Assembly (NCBI GenBank): GCA_036172245.1
Contig: JAYWIR010000023.1
Span: forward strand, 620,001 to 684,000
Reading direction: 5' to 3'
Source: Raillietiella orientalis
Lineage: Eukaryota
Length of the DNA stretch: 64,000 bases
Both the position numbers and the translations under genes were made by a program. The notes beneath the pieces are model-generated. The model had not been told where the DNA came from. It worked only from the letters and a program-made list of their open reading frames with translations, and searched no databases. Of the stretch, positions 48,301 through 61,500 are shown one piece after another. Every line of letters begins with the position of its first letter. Within the stretch, counting starts at the first letter, position 1.

Positions 48301-51300
48301 TATCATATTAGTACAATGAAGTAACATTCCAATAATCATGGGCACACAGCTGTATAATTATACAGCCCTATATCTAGGAGAGACGACTGGTGCCTTAGCA
48401 CAGAGTCCAATTGTAATGCAGATGTAGATAGAAAGCTCATGAATTCAGAGGTAAATTATGGCCAGTTTCTACCGCCCGCTTTCTAATTCCATCTGGATAT
48501 GTTGAATGAAGTTCAGTTTGGTATAAAAGGGGGCCATCTGTAATTTCTGTAACGAGTAGAAAGTTTCATGCTACAGCTCTCTTGCAGAGAGGAAACTTTC
48601 ATATCTAATGCAGAAAATAGATTTCCTTTCTAATGTAGCCCTGCTATATAAGGTGCGGACATCAGTTCATTGCCGTCAATAACAACAACAAATGTGCACA
48701 TTGGACAGACTGTTGCAGAGTCTGACTCTTGGAGTTCAGCACGTTGCGCTCATATTTTTCCACGTTCGTGACAGTTTGCAAGCCGAGACTTCATGAGGAT
48801 GGACTTTCTTTTAGATTGGGATGATTTTCTGGTTGGTTCCGGGACGTAGAGAATTTTTTTTAGAAAAAACGAATCTTATTCTTTCTATTCAAACCCATCT
48901 CTTGGGAAAATATCCGTTTAGAATAGATTTGCTAGCAAATCGAATCGAGACATTTGGGGGATAGATGATAAACTGTTAATAACAGATGGGAGAAATTATG
49001 AAAAGACTGCAGATTCGAACAGACCGGATTAAATGTTCGCAGTTAAAATAAAGATTCTTAATTGCAAATTTGATCCCAGTGGACTATGGCAAAACTGCCA
49101 GATGAAAGAGAGAATTTTAGTCGGCTATTGGATACAATCTAGAGATTTCTATACAGCTTATAGCAGTGTTGCTAAACTAATAACAGCATATAGAGTATTC
49201 TATGAGTTTGCAGATAATAGACAGTAGGAAGAGTTAGATGATAGCGGCTCTCCAGAAAAAAGCAGATACCTTACGGGGTGACATTAACTTAGCCGGAATG
49301 CCAGGTCACATTAGATTTGCAGAATTGAATGCAAGTCCTTCAAAGTAACTATTTTCCATAACATGCCAAAGACAGTAATAAAACACAGTATCAAAGTCGA
49401 GCTGAGGACTCTGTGGGACTTCGCATGAGGGAAAGGAAAACAGAAGAAAGAAACAGGCTAATCAATCTGAACAGGTCAACCTGAACATCAGCATGGTTTC
49501 AAAATCTCAGTTGCAGTTCAAAATGTCGACGGACTAAATCAGGATGGTCGCAAGGTAGAATTTCTAGCATATCACTCTGCAAGAAAGATCGGAAGTCGGA
49601 AAGATTTCCATTGCTTCACGGGACCCATTTTTCGTGCCTTTGAGCTTCGTTCATTGCACTGCATACATTTCAGATACACTGTTTTGTATATTCGTGGCTT
49701 GTATAAATTGTTTGGAAGAATTTTTTTTATCGGATTCATCTGTCCTTTGGTGAGTATCCTTTTCATTAGTAAGCATATTAGTGAGCATAGTTAATTTGGA
49801 ACTCTCAATAGGCTTCAGCGGCATTTCGATCACTAATTTAAGTACAGAACATTCCATTTGGCTATCGTGTAAAAATGCCAACGTCTTGCATTCGGGGTCG
49901 TATGAATCTACTTCAAATTCCACTCATTCAGATTGATGATTTTCTCAATAATCAGATTATTAAGACTCCAGAAAGAGCTGCTGTATTCTCTGATACATTC
50001 AGGAAGCTTGATTTTCTACATCTAGTAAGATTTAGGGTGATATTTTTGTTCGCGAGAGATTTGCCGAGAAATCATCCTCTTGACGAGAAGTGTCGATTTT
50101 GTTTTTTGTTTTTTAACTGCATGGTATCGCAAACCCTTGAGCACACAACGATTTCTAATAAAAGCAACAACTGCAGGACATGGAACATTTTTCAAGAGGG
50201 AAACCAGAAGTGACAGCAACTGACACTAGACAGTGTGACCAGCAAGTTTCCAAAGTTTTCAAATTTTTGCTGTTGCCTCACTCTATTGGTTTTATTTTTT
50301 CAAGCCACACTTTTAAATTCGGGAATTCCATCGTTTGCTTCAGGAGACGAAAACGTGTCTGGTTCACAGCACCGTTGGCGGGAAATGTCATAGTGGAAGC
50401 CATCTTGCGAGAAATTACTTTTGAAAGTCGAGGAGCATCCTTGGACATCAAATCGAGTCCAAGTATTTAGTGTCAGAGCTGAAACCGTCTTTTACCCTCT
50501 CCTGTGTTAAAGTAGAAATGTAGAAACAATACACAAGATGGAGCAGGAAAACAAGAATCTCCCCTCCTCCCCCCCCTCTCAAAAAAAAAAAAAAAAAAAA
50601 ACAGTCAGAAGGAAAGCAATGCAATAACAGAAGAGCCCAAAGGGATTTCATCATCGTAGGCCAATGTTAATAAACTCCCCGCGGTGGCTATTGACCTTAA
50701 AAAGAAAAAAGAAAAAGTACATAGGATGGAGTAGAATAGGTTTGCATTTTTAGGCTCATTCGCAACTCAGCCATCTATTTGAACATACCTGAAAAATAAT
50801 TTACCCCCTGTGGGATTGGGAAAATTCTACTTAAACATACCTTATACTTAAGGCAGCTCACTGAAAATTTTGTAATTGAGAAAAATTTGTTTGCAAAACC
50901 TTTTATGAATCGTATAATAATCCACCATCCAGTTGATTATTTGAATTCGTTGATTTGAATTGATTCTGATTAAGCTGTTTACTCTCAATCCCAACTTTAT
51001 GGATTACGTGAAGACTGCACTCAAAGCAGTTGAAGATGGACGTCACACCTTTTGCATCCTCAAAAACGTTGACACTTTGTTAATTATCTTCAACGGAGAC
51101 GTAGCATATACTTTTTAATTGGGAAAAACTTCGTTGCTTTATTTAGTATTGATGAAATGGAAGCAGGAAACTCTAAACTATAAAAAAAAGAAAGAAGAAG
51201 GAGAGAACGGAATAAGCTTCTGACATGCTTTAAACTCGGTGTACTTCTAATGGACTGTCAGAAATAAGAAATCTACTAAATACCCCCTAATTATATGCAA

Positions 51301-54300
51301 TAGAACGTGATCATAAATTAACCAATAGCACAGTAATTGGAAGCTTGATGAAGCTTCTTTCCCAAGGTAACAAGTTTGCTCTTATCTTATATCCTGAATT
51401 CTAGGGTTGAATCTCCTGCTTTATAAAAAAAAATAGAACAATGAAAGTCCAATTCCTCAGCATTTTTTACTTTTTATGATGCAAAAATACACCCACTACT
51501 TTAAAATCCCTCATTCTCACCAGGTTTTCATAAATGTGCTTGCTATCTAACCATTATATCATTTCGAGCAGGCACAAATTCACTGCAGTACAAAGAAGAC
51601 CAAGTGGCATTCATCTTGGGTGTTGGGTATGAAAAGATAGGACAAACTCCTTCGTTCACACAATGAACCTGTTATTTTGCAAACGCAGAGTTCTGCTTAG
51701 CGAGGAATAAATATTCCATATGACGGTGATTTGTGGGACCCTGGCAGTCTTGCAACATCCCATCAGAAGTGCATGACTGTACAGAATCATATTCCAAGTG
51801 GCTCACCTGACAAACAAAAGAATGCCACCACTCTTCATGCATTCTTAGAGTTCTGTGGATGTTTTTCTTTTTTTCCAGTTTGTTTGATACGCACAAACAG
51901 AACTCCCTGCTTAGGCAAAATTTACTACACTTACAGTTACTTACGGTTGCATGACAGCATAGGCAAGGAAAGCAATAGTCGTTTGCGTCAAATCAAAAGC
52001 TTTTTAATTTAGAAGAATAGATACCATCTTGATGGTAGACAAAGTTTATTAGACATAGTAGACATGCAGCTCAAACCATTCCAACATGCAGCATGTAAAA
52101 ATAATCATTCGAACCCAAATTTTTGGCATGAGTTTAGAAGCACACCGAGTTTTTAGCAATTCATGATAATCAAATAAACACCCGCCCTTCATATTTCATA
52201 CTTTCACTTGAAAAATATCATAGCAAAAAAGTTGCAGGGAATTTTGATTGTGAATTATTATTGTTTACAATTTGAAAATTGCCCCGAAGGTCTAAAATAT
52301 TTTTTTTTTTTTTTGCCAGTCCTTCGGGTTTATGCTCTCACAAATTTCACAGGATGTTTTCTCACAAATGTTGGCAAATTTTCTTCAGATTCAAAATGCA
52401 TAGCAGCCAATGGTGAGTACACACCAAAGAAATGGAAAGTCAGACCGAAACACTTTAACCATAACATTGCTTTTAACAAATTCTTCTGAATCGCAATCTT
52501 TTTTATGCTATGAAAATGCATATTTGTGCTCTTTCTAACATACTTTTAATAGGTTTAAAGCATCGTTTCCAAGGATGAAGCATTATAGCTCAGTTTACTG
52601 ATAGCTGCTCATTTCTATTCCTTTTAGTGAAGCATTCCTTATTTAAACGATAGCAAAGGCATAGCACAAATGCATCTTTCATAGAACCGGTTTGACAGCA
52701 TGGTTTGATTAAAAAAAACAGTTCGAGTGAGTTTGACCAAAATTAGCATCTAATGAAATAACCATAACGAACTGAGCCTGCATTGTCTCGTAGGTGTTTG
52801 ATTTAGATCAGAGCTTGAATTAGTATCTAACGATTGTACGTTTTCAACTCTATAGTCAAAGAAATAGTCGTAGCACTCTGAGGAAAGACAGATACTGTGG
52901 CCCGGACAAAGGGATGCATTCAAAAGATTACTTACAGATACGTTAACTAAGATTAAAATGTAACTCTCAAAGGGAGAAAAAAAAGAAAAAAGATACCTAG
53001 GAGGAATACAAACAGTGAAATTTCTAGAAGAAAATATTTCATGTACTTTGATAATGGTAATTTGAAATGTTGTTTGACTGTTTCTATGCTGCTATGCTTT
53101 AGACCTTGTATGCATGGATCACAAATGAGTAAACTTCATTCGTAAATCATGAACCTTTAGGTACATATAATCTCATTACAAGATCTTGTTATGAACGAAC
53201 ATCATAGATTAGCATGAGCATTCGAAATTCTATTCACATCGGTGTATAAATTCACACAAAACTGAAAGATGAAAACGAGAATACTGTAAAATGGAATGAC
53301 AACATTTATCGTGCACTTGACTTTTCTTTAAATTTTTGGAAAGCTGAAACAGACATAATTTACATATAAAAAGTAGACATGCAGGTTTGCATCAAGAAAC
53401 CCAGACTTATCCAAAAGTTACAGCTAACTACTTCCCTGAAGAAAAAAAAAAATACAAAATTCATATACAAAGTCCAACTGAACAGGAGAAAGTAGTAGTG
53501 GAGAATAGAAGAATCCGTTTTGTTTTTTCAAGAACATTTTCACGCTGGTGTAAGCAGATGAATAGCATCACTTCTCAGAAAATAAGACAAAGTGTCATTT
53601 TGATTTGAGTAGCGAAATCTTTTCTAGTGTATTTCCGAGTTGGTACGCTTCGCCATTTTGAGTGGCTTAATTGTTGCTACTTTATGGGTTTGGCAACACT
53701 CAAATTATTTTGGCACTCCTTTCTAACAGGTGTGCGTTTAGCTTATGTTTTCCTTCACGGAAATGATGCAAACGGTATCCGTGAGTCTCGTTAAATGATG
53801 AAAGTAACTCAGAACAGAGTTCCTGCCCTAATCTTTTGAATTTAGGACACGATGATGATGGAAAAAAGTTTAGGATTCTATAATTGTTTTACAATATCAG
53901 ATTATTCGAAGACTGTTCTCCCGTATTTCATATTTGAGGAATGTTTTCTTTCTGACATCACAAAGCTTTCAAGTGTGAGCTCCAAATCCAATTAGTGAAA
54001 TGAGTATTAGATTTAACAGCAAACACATATAAACTTCGGAAGGAAGCGTTCGAGGAATCCAGGGAAGGAGAATTCTGAACGCGAGAGGGTCGCAACATCA
54101 AAAGTTATACTTAGAAAAGATATGCGATGATATAAATACAATTTGTAACCTGGTAATTTGGAGTTTGGTATCTCGGTTCTACCACTAGTCATTTTTGAGA
54201 GATGCTTAACTTCGAGTTTTGTGGCAGTCACCGGCTAATCTGGCTTCCATTAAAAAATTAAAATATGACTCAAGCGTACAACGAATGGAAAAAACACTGC

Positions 54301-57300
54301 TGCTTTCTCATTGCTTGAGCAGTGATCCGGAAAACAACCAGTGTTGTTCTTCAAGGAGCACCTGCTTTGTTTACAGGATACGAACAAATTTGCGAGCTTC
54401 CTTTATCGAATTCAATGGAAATCTCACTTGGTGTTTAATTTTGAGTAAATAGGTCGTAGATGGATCCCATCTTTCTCAAAGACAACTTTTTCGGGAAACC
54501 ACCCTTGTTTGAAAACCCATTTCAACTGTTCAGTTTCGTTCATCCGATGAGACGAGAGTTGCCTCTCGTCGAGATCGGTAATTTATTGCTATTTTCCGTA
54601 TACAAGCTATGGTTTCAGATCTAATATTTAAAAATGTATCCCTGTGATGCTGATGGGCCCGTTCTTCATCTGTTTTTTCCGCTGGATTCTGTCGGTCGCA
54701 TCTCAACAGGCTACAAAATCTTCTGAGGTGTCTGGGATCCATGGTTTCAGAAGGTTTCGAAACCATTCGTGTTTAGATTTCCTCAATAGGCCACCAGCTA
54801 CTTTCTGCGATAAACTGCAGTCTGGACGGAAATTTGATGGCATAATGAACGAAGCATCGAAAACACTGCGGGAGAGTTTGAAGCAGAAGGATCTATTATT
54901 TCCGTCTGTTATTCAATTGAAGTGTGGAGTGAGGAGAGACAGATGAGCTCGCATGGAGAACGAAATGTGGAAAAGGTAAAAGAATCGTGCAGCATCCAAT
55001 GCATGTATCAGTTTCGTTCTTTCCTTGTCCCTTTTGCACGAGTCACTATTCTCTATTCTTCCACTACTTGATTTCGAAAAAATCCTTTAGTCCCTTGTGT
55101 ATCTTTTTGTTCCAACTATACCTCAATGTGTTTTAACTTCTAGTTCTATTTTTCTAGTTTTTCTTCTTTTTTAATATTCACTAAAGATAGATTTTTGTTT
55201 GCAGAAGATTTATTTCATCCCCTAAAGTTAGCGATTTTCTTTTTGGAATCGGGTTCTATGAGAAATGCTTTCCTTCCTACCCTTCCAAACAAAAGTCGAC
55301 CACTCTTCGACTCTTCTTCGGTCGTGCATTCGTTTTCCTTCTAGAAGTCTCTTTTCTCGGAAAATCTCAATTTTTTGGCAATCAAGCGAACGACGTTCTT
55401 TCTGCTTAGAAAAAAGAGCAGTGTTTCTCGTCCCCTCAAAAGTCTACTCGGCCCAACTAAAATGCTACTACTGTATAGTTGGTACCGTATGGTTGTGTTC
55501 AGGCAAGGATGAAGGTCTGGTTTCCAACCGGTGTGATCCAGTCTGAACCCCGGTCTACCTTCCCTCATCAAAGTTCACAGCTTGTTAGGAACTGAGGATC
55601 TGTGTTCGCAATATGAATAGCAGCCAAGGCATATATGTGGGATCTTTTCCTTTACGACTACAGGGTGTCATACAGTAAGGGAATAAAAGGATCGTTTGTC
55701 AATTCGAATCACAGTATCAAGATAGCGCCGAAGATGACTGCAGTTTTTGGAATCATTATTTGAATTCTTGAAGCAAGCAAGAGGGAACCTTTTTTCCTCG
55801 TTTGTTCTTGTCTTTAGCAGCACCTTGGGTGTTAACTCGAATTCCTCGCGCAAACGCACACCAAGCCTGCAGCAATTAAGCGAATTTCAAAAAATTCAAG
55901 ATTCGCATGAAATATTTCTTCCAGTACTCGAGAATTCTCCTCACTTCAGCGCCAATGTAGATCATGCAGCACTGATTTTAATTATTCGCCGATTCATTTC
56001 TGTATCTTCCGGGATGGAATCCTTGACGTCTTTAGGCGTTTTTTCTTAAATTTATGGACCGGCTACCGGGAAGATTGAAATCCTATCTTCCTAGAAGTAG
56101 GAGAAGAAAAACTGTCTCTTAGTCTGTGAGTTCAAATGCAGAGTTACTGGTTGGGATTCTTTTGTCTCACGTGCTCGTTTCCGCCTCTTGAGCTACTGGG
56201 ATGGCAGACACACGGTTTCAGATGCGATTACTTTCTCGTTCCGTAGCTCGCTCTCATAATCTCCAATCAGGAACACCATTCGTCGCCCTTCCACCCTGAT
56301 GAGGCAATTTTCCTTTTTAGTCAGCAATGCATCTTTTGATGCTTATCCTGCCTCGAGAAGGAAAATAATCTTTGAGTATCCCGAAATTTTTTTTTTTTTT
56401 CTGAAAGGAGACTCTTTTAGCAGCCAAGAAACGCAGGGAGATTTCCGTGAGAAACATTAGGAAGAACTCTATGTAAGTTTTCAGCTCCAACGCAAAAGGG
56501 GATGGCATGGCGGAAGGAACTTCCGTTTTTCTCCTCGAATGCTCTCATGACAAATAAGATCGCAAACAGCAAAAGAGAAGATAATGAGTCTTCATTCGGG
56601 AAGCAACCTCGCTAGATGTGTCAATTCCATTAATCTGATTTTCTCATAAGCATGTTAAAGGTCGCTTCGGTGCAACCTGAGACAACGGTTGTCAGATATT
56701 CTCCACAGCAAGATGATATCTTGAAAGACTTCATGTTCCAGGTGAGAGATGTTAGCATTTTGTCACACCTCAATGACTGAAAAAACATGTTTAAAAAGCA
56801 CAGATAAGCTGAGTGGGACCGAGAAAGGCAAATGGATCGAGTACTTTACAGTTTTTCTGAACCCCAGAAGACGATATCTGGAAATTCAGCTTAACCAATG
56901 GAGTTAACTCACTTCCCTCGCAAAGAAGAAAGAGGGAAGTTTTCAATGCTTTCGAGATGTTGTGCCAGTCTGCTACCTTCCTCGATCTTTACTTTGCACA
57001 ACGTTGCAATAAAATACAAAAAGATCGATGGTTCAGGAGATAAATAATAAAAATGAACCATTAATAAATTTCCAAGATTTTTCAGTGCTGTGCGAGACCA
57101 TCACAAGGCATCAGGTTGGGAGTCCTCGATGTGAAAAAAAGCGTAGATTTTTTTCTTTTCCTTTCTAGTTTGTATTCTTCATCTTTTCACAGCTGCTTGT
57201 TCCATTGCTAGATTCTTTCCTTTGTAATTTTAGGTATTTGTTGCTTCCTAGCACAATCAGGTCATTTCCAGTTAATGGCTCTAATACTTTCTTGCCTCAC

Positions 57301-60300
57301 ACGAGGAAGGTAGGAAGATTAATCTGACAATTTGGCACGAAACGAATTTAAGATTCGAGATCAGTCTTGTGGCATCCATCTCGTTGATTTCTGGGTAATG
57401 TACCCCTTCGAAATTTATAATTCCCTATTAATATCACCCTCAGAAATGAAAAATAAATAAATCCATGGATGAATTTCATCCTCGAATAACACCAAGTCGC
57501 ATTGTGTTCAGCAAATGAGTTCTCAGGTACACCGAATTTTCTACACTTGTGCATATGAATCTCAAGGAGCCTCTGTAGTGAACCATGCAGAAAGAGAAAG
57601 CTTTATGTGCAGGAAATTTTTCCTAAATTTTTCTCCTAAAGAAAGCGGAATTTCCTACTCCGGGAATTGCAAAGTATTTTTATCTAAAGAGCTCCAGGAT
57701 TTCTTCATTCAGGTGTTTAGATCTTTGGATTTTTCTCATCTAGCAGACTGGAAAAGCTAGTTGTTGCTGAACCATAGTTTGTTCTGTTTGGCTTACAGTT
57801 TCTCATTCACAATTTAGTTTTTCATCCTCATTCCTTAAAGCCTACGATCGATTTCCGGTCAGTTTATCTCTTGGTCGTTGTATGCCAAGCACTTGTCGTT
57901 ATGTTTTATCATGATGTCCGTAGTCACTGCCTTTCTAAAATCTATGCATTCCATTTCTAAACCTGATCATCCACTAGTCTCCAAAACCTACACATATGCT
58001 GTTGCGAAGAGGGTCCGTGTGTACTCTGTAAAAACAATACATGGCCCTATTACTGAAATTCTTATTCAGCACATTAAGAGAGTTCATTTACATGGCAGAA
58101 GAAGGAGTGTTTATTGGTACATTCATTTTCGTAAGATCGTATACAGAGACACTGAAGAACTCGTAAGGTGATGTCCAGAAGAACGATGCTGGTTGAGTTC
58201 CTCCGAGAAAAGTTTCAAGATGTTCAAAGACAAAAGTAATTTGCCATAGAATCTTCAATCAAAGACTTTCACCAAGTACCAATTCTTAAACAGCACAGTC
58301 CCTCATCACCCTTTGCATAGAATCTCTAGTGTCGAAATTTATAGAAAATGGAATTTTATAAAAGCACTGCTGCTTGTAATCTTCTGTTTATCTATTATTT
58401 AAAAAGAATGGTAGTTGGAAGTGATTTGAGTAGTTATCTTAGAAGATCGTGGCCAAAGGGAGCATATCCCAGAATACAAGAAAACTGAATCCTCCAAAAA
58501 GTGTGAAAGAGCAAGCTTTCCTTATTTCTCTCGACCAAGAAAACAAAGTCAAAAGAGAGAACTGAAAAAGAAAATATCGAGAACTGCACGAGATCAAAAA
58601 TAGAAGCGTATCTGAAAAGCAGAAATATCGCATCTTGAAAAAAGAGCTCCTCAGATCAAGAGGGAGAAGAATTGATATTTCCAGGACGATCCGGAGCTAA
58701 GTAACAGTGCTGTGAAACGATTGACCTGTCCTATCAATGGCGCCATGTTCCCCTTTTTTCTTGAAAAATGCGCTTTCCTCACCTTCTTGCTAAGGAAAAA
58801 GGGGTGCAGTAGAGTAACTTGGGAAGGAGTTAGCTAATTGACAGTACAGGTGAAGAGCTTTTCAAGAAAGGAAGGAGCTGGAAGTCTTTTAGAATGGTGC
58901 TTGGTTTAAAAGAAATATTCTCACAGAATTCAAACCTGCGCGACAGAGGAGTTGATTAAGGCAAGCATCCGAGTCGATTTTCTGAGAGATTGCATTTTTC
59001 CATAAAAATTTAGAATTCTGAAAGATGCTTTTTTCTGGAAGACAATTTTTTTTCGTTACCTCAAAGCTCACTTTCAAAACAACAAAAATAGGCTGGGATT
59101 TTATGCGAAGGGTTGCATTTAATGAAGATAAGGTAGAGTGCTTAGGAAGACTCGGAACAAGAACTGATGGAGATGTTCCATGAAACTCAAAGAACAGGTA
59201 TTCAATAATACGGAGCGAGATGATGAAGAACATCCTTCAGAGGAGGAGCATGCTTGTGCTTTATATGGTTTTTACCATGCTTATGTTTTATATTCTCTTC
59301 AGAACGCTGCTCTGAGTAGTTTTTTTCGACGATCTCAAAAATTAGTCGTTTCTTATCTGCCTGAGATCTGCTGAGTCCTCATTATTGCCGAGCAATGCAC
59401 CCACCCTGCGTCCTTTTGCTGGCATCTAGAAGAAACCTTCCCTTCTGATCACATACAGACTTTGTGATAAGAGAAATGACAAAACTGAGTAACGAAGTTT
59501 CGGTAAGGATTTCCTAGTACTTCGTTATCTTTCTCTAGAGTTCTAGTTTTTTGAACTCTTGGAGGAAAGGGAGATCAAATCACTTTATAGCAGCAAGGCC
59601 AGTATTACCCCAATTGAACAGTAGCTTCAAACTGTGGAAACCATGATAAGGAGCAACTCTTGCCGGGACGTAAGTGTTTCTCCTATCAATTCCAAAGCTA
59701 AAGACTGTTTAAATACTGTACGGAAACGCTCGTCCTGCTCAAGTCAAAATAACATGGTCATCTGACTAATAAAAAAGTATGAGTTGCAGTCACATGGACC
59801 ATCAGCTGACAATCAAATTGTCATCTAGTTTTAGGAAGCAACTCGGCCATTGCCGTAGGAGAGACACAGTACTCCTAAGCAAGTCCATTGTTCTCAGAGA
59901 GTTTTCTTTAGAAAAAGCTGCAGAAACGAGGCATCAGACTGCATCCGAGTCAGATTTGAGGGATGACGTTACTTTGGGCATATTGAGATGAACTTGCACA
60001 AAGTTACAGCCTGTCTGGGAGGGGAGATTCACTCATGGCAATAAAAAATTTACTCGTGAGAAAACGATTCTCTGTATAGATTGAAAACAGATATCCATGT
60101 CATCGACGGAACCGTTTTTTTCTGTTATTCTAGTGATTTGCAGACTTTATTCCTGAGATGGAATGCTTCAGGCATTTCATTTCGGAAATTCTACTGAACG
60201 CAGTATTTTCATAATGGCTTCCTTTCAAGATCTGTTTAATAAACCAAATGATAAATTCATCCAAGCATGATAGGTGCAACGTAGAGGTGGACTCCATTCC

Positions 60301-60959
60301 TCATTGGAGAGCTGCTATTACCATCGAGAGACTTGCAAAGTTACTGGGTCAGATCTTACTATGGACAGGGAGAATACTAGGTAAGCTGAAGAATATCCGA
60401 TTCATGACCAATAGATGTAGTATTTAGATTGACGTGCACTTATAGTTGCAGAAGTCAGATGTCTCCAACTCTATTTAATGTTACAAAATGCAACATATAT
60501 ACATGAAACATGTTCGAAATCATGAAAACGATCAGGAGTGTTAGCACTTTATGCCCTTTAAAGTAGCAGAGCTAAAACCTTGAGACCGACTCTGGTAGTT
60601 TTTTTTTTTTTTTCAACTACAAAAAAATATTTGCATTTTTGAAAACGATTCCCTTCTGTAGTCTGTCCGTATTTTGCAGTCGCCTATGATCCTTTATTCA
60701 GACTGCTTCTCGTCTAGGATTTGGAACTCATCTGCCTTATGCTTTTAGAACAAACCATCAGTGTCAACTCAGAATTAATAGTCAGATGATGTGTCCAACC
60801 AATGTAGAAATGCCAGTAAAGAAGCCAGAGCTTCATGCATTATTCATTCCTTCGATTTCGGTAGAAGATTCGAATGTAGAAGGAGGGGCACATGGTTGCA
60901 GAACACAAGAATGTGTGTTTGATGTGTGTTTTCCGTACCACTGAATGTAAATAGGCACT

Positions 60960-61500
60960 GCCCTACTATAGCCCTACTCCACGCCCCTCCGCCCGCGGCA
61001 ACCCGCAGGGGGGCGTGTAATTCTTCAGGATAGGGGGCACCTCGGGATGAGGGTCCACCCTACGAATCCAGGAAGGGCCCGGAGTCCGTTCCTCTCACGC
61101 TTGGGGAGGGATCCCCCCGGACGGGGGGGGGATCGCACCTCCCACCCTGGTTGTCTCCGAAGGGGAACCCCGAAGGGAATCTCCTTCCTCATTCTCTCCG
61201 GAGGGACACCCCCCCACCAATGAGGAGGGGCTGTCCTCTCCATTTCAACTTCATTTCAACTTCTCCGAAGGGAACCCCGAAAGAGATATCCGTCTGATCT
61301 GAACGGAGGCGCATGTAGTCCCGGCACGTTCCGGGAATCGTTTGCCCCTTTCTCCTGCCGTGCCTGCGCCAGGATGGGGGGCACATCCTTGGACACCCTC
61401 TCGGAACGGGGCGAGAGGTGAAGCAAGGAGGGTACGAGTTGTTGCCAAGACCCGTATTGCTGCACAATCATGGGAGCGTGGGCTGGCACTCACCCCTTTA
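60960..61500. other. GC-rich island made of consecutive hairpins and internal repeats (probable non-autonomous TE or structured RNA)
   Basis: Multiple stems (see finding), repeat tctccgaagg(g)gaaccccgaa at 61154 and 61262, and tandem catttcaactt x2 at 61241-61262. Confidence 0.5.

Noticed and set aside
46000..60900. Numerous 60-115 aa ORFs
   Set aside because: No recognisable domains or consistent exon chain; treated as intergenic or intronic, although small exons of a large gene cannot be excluded.
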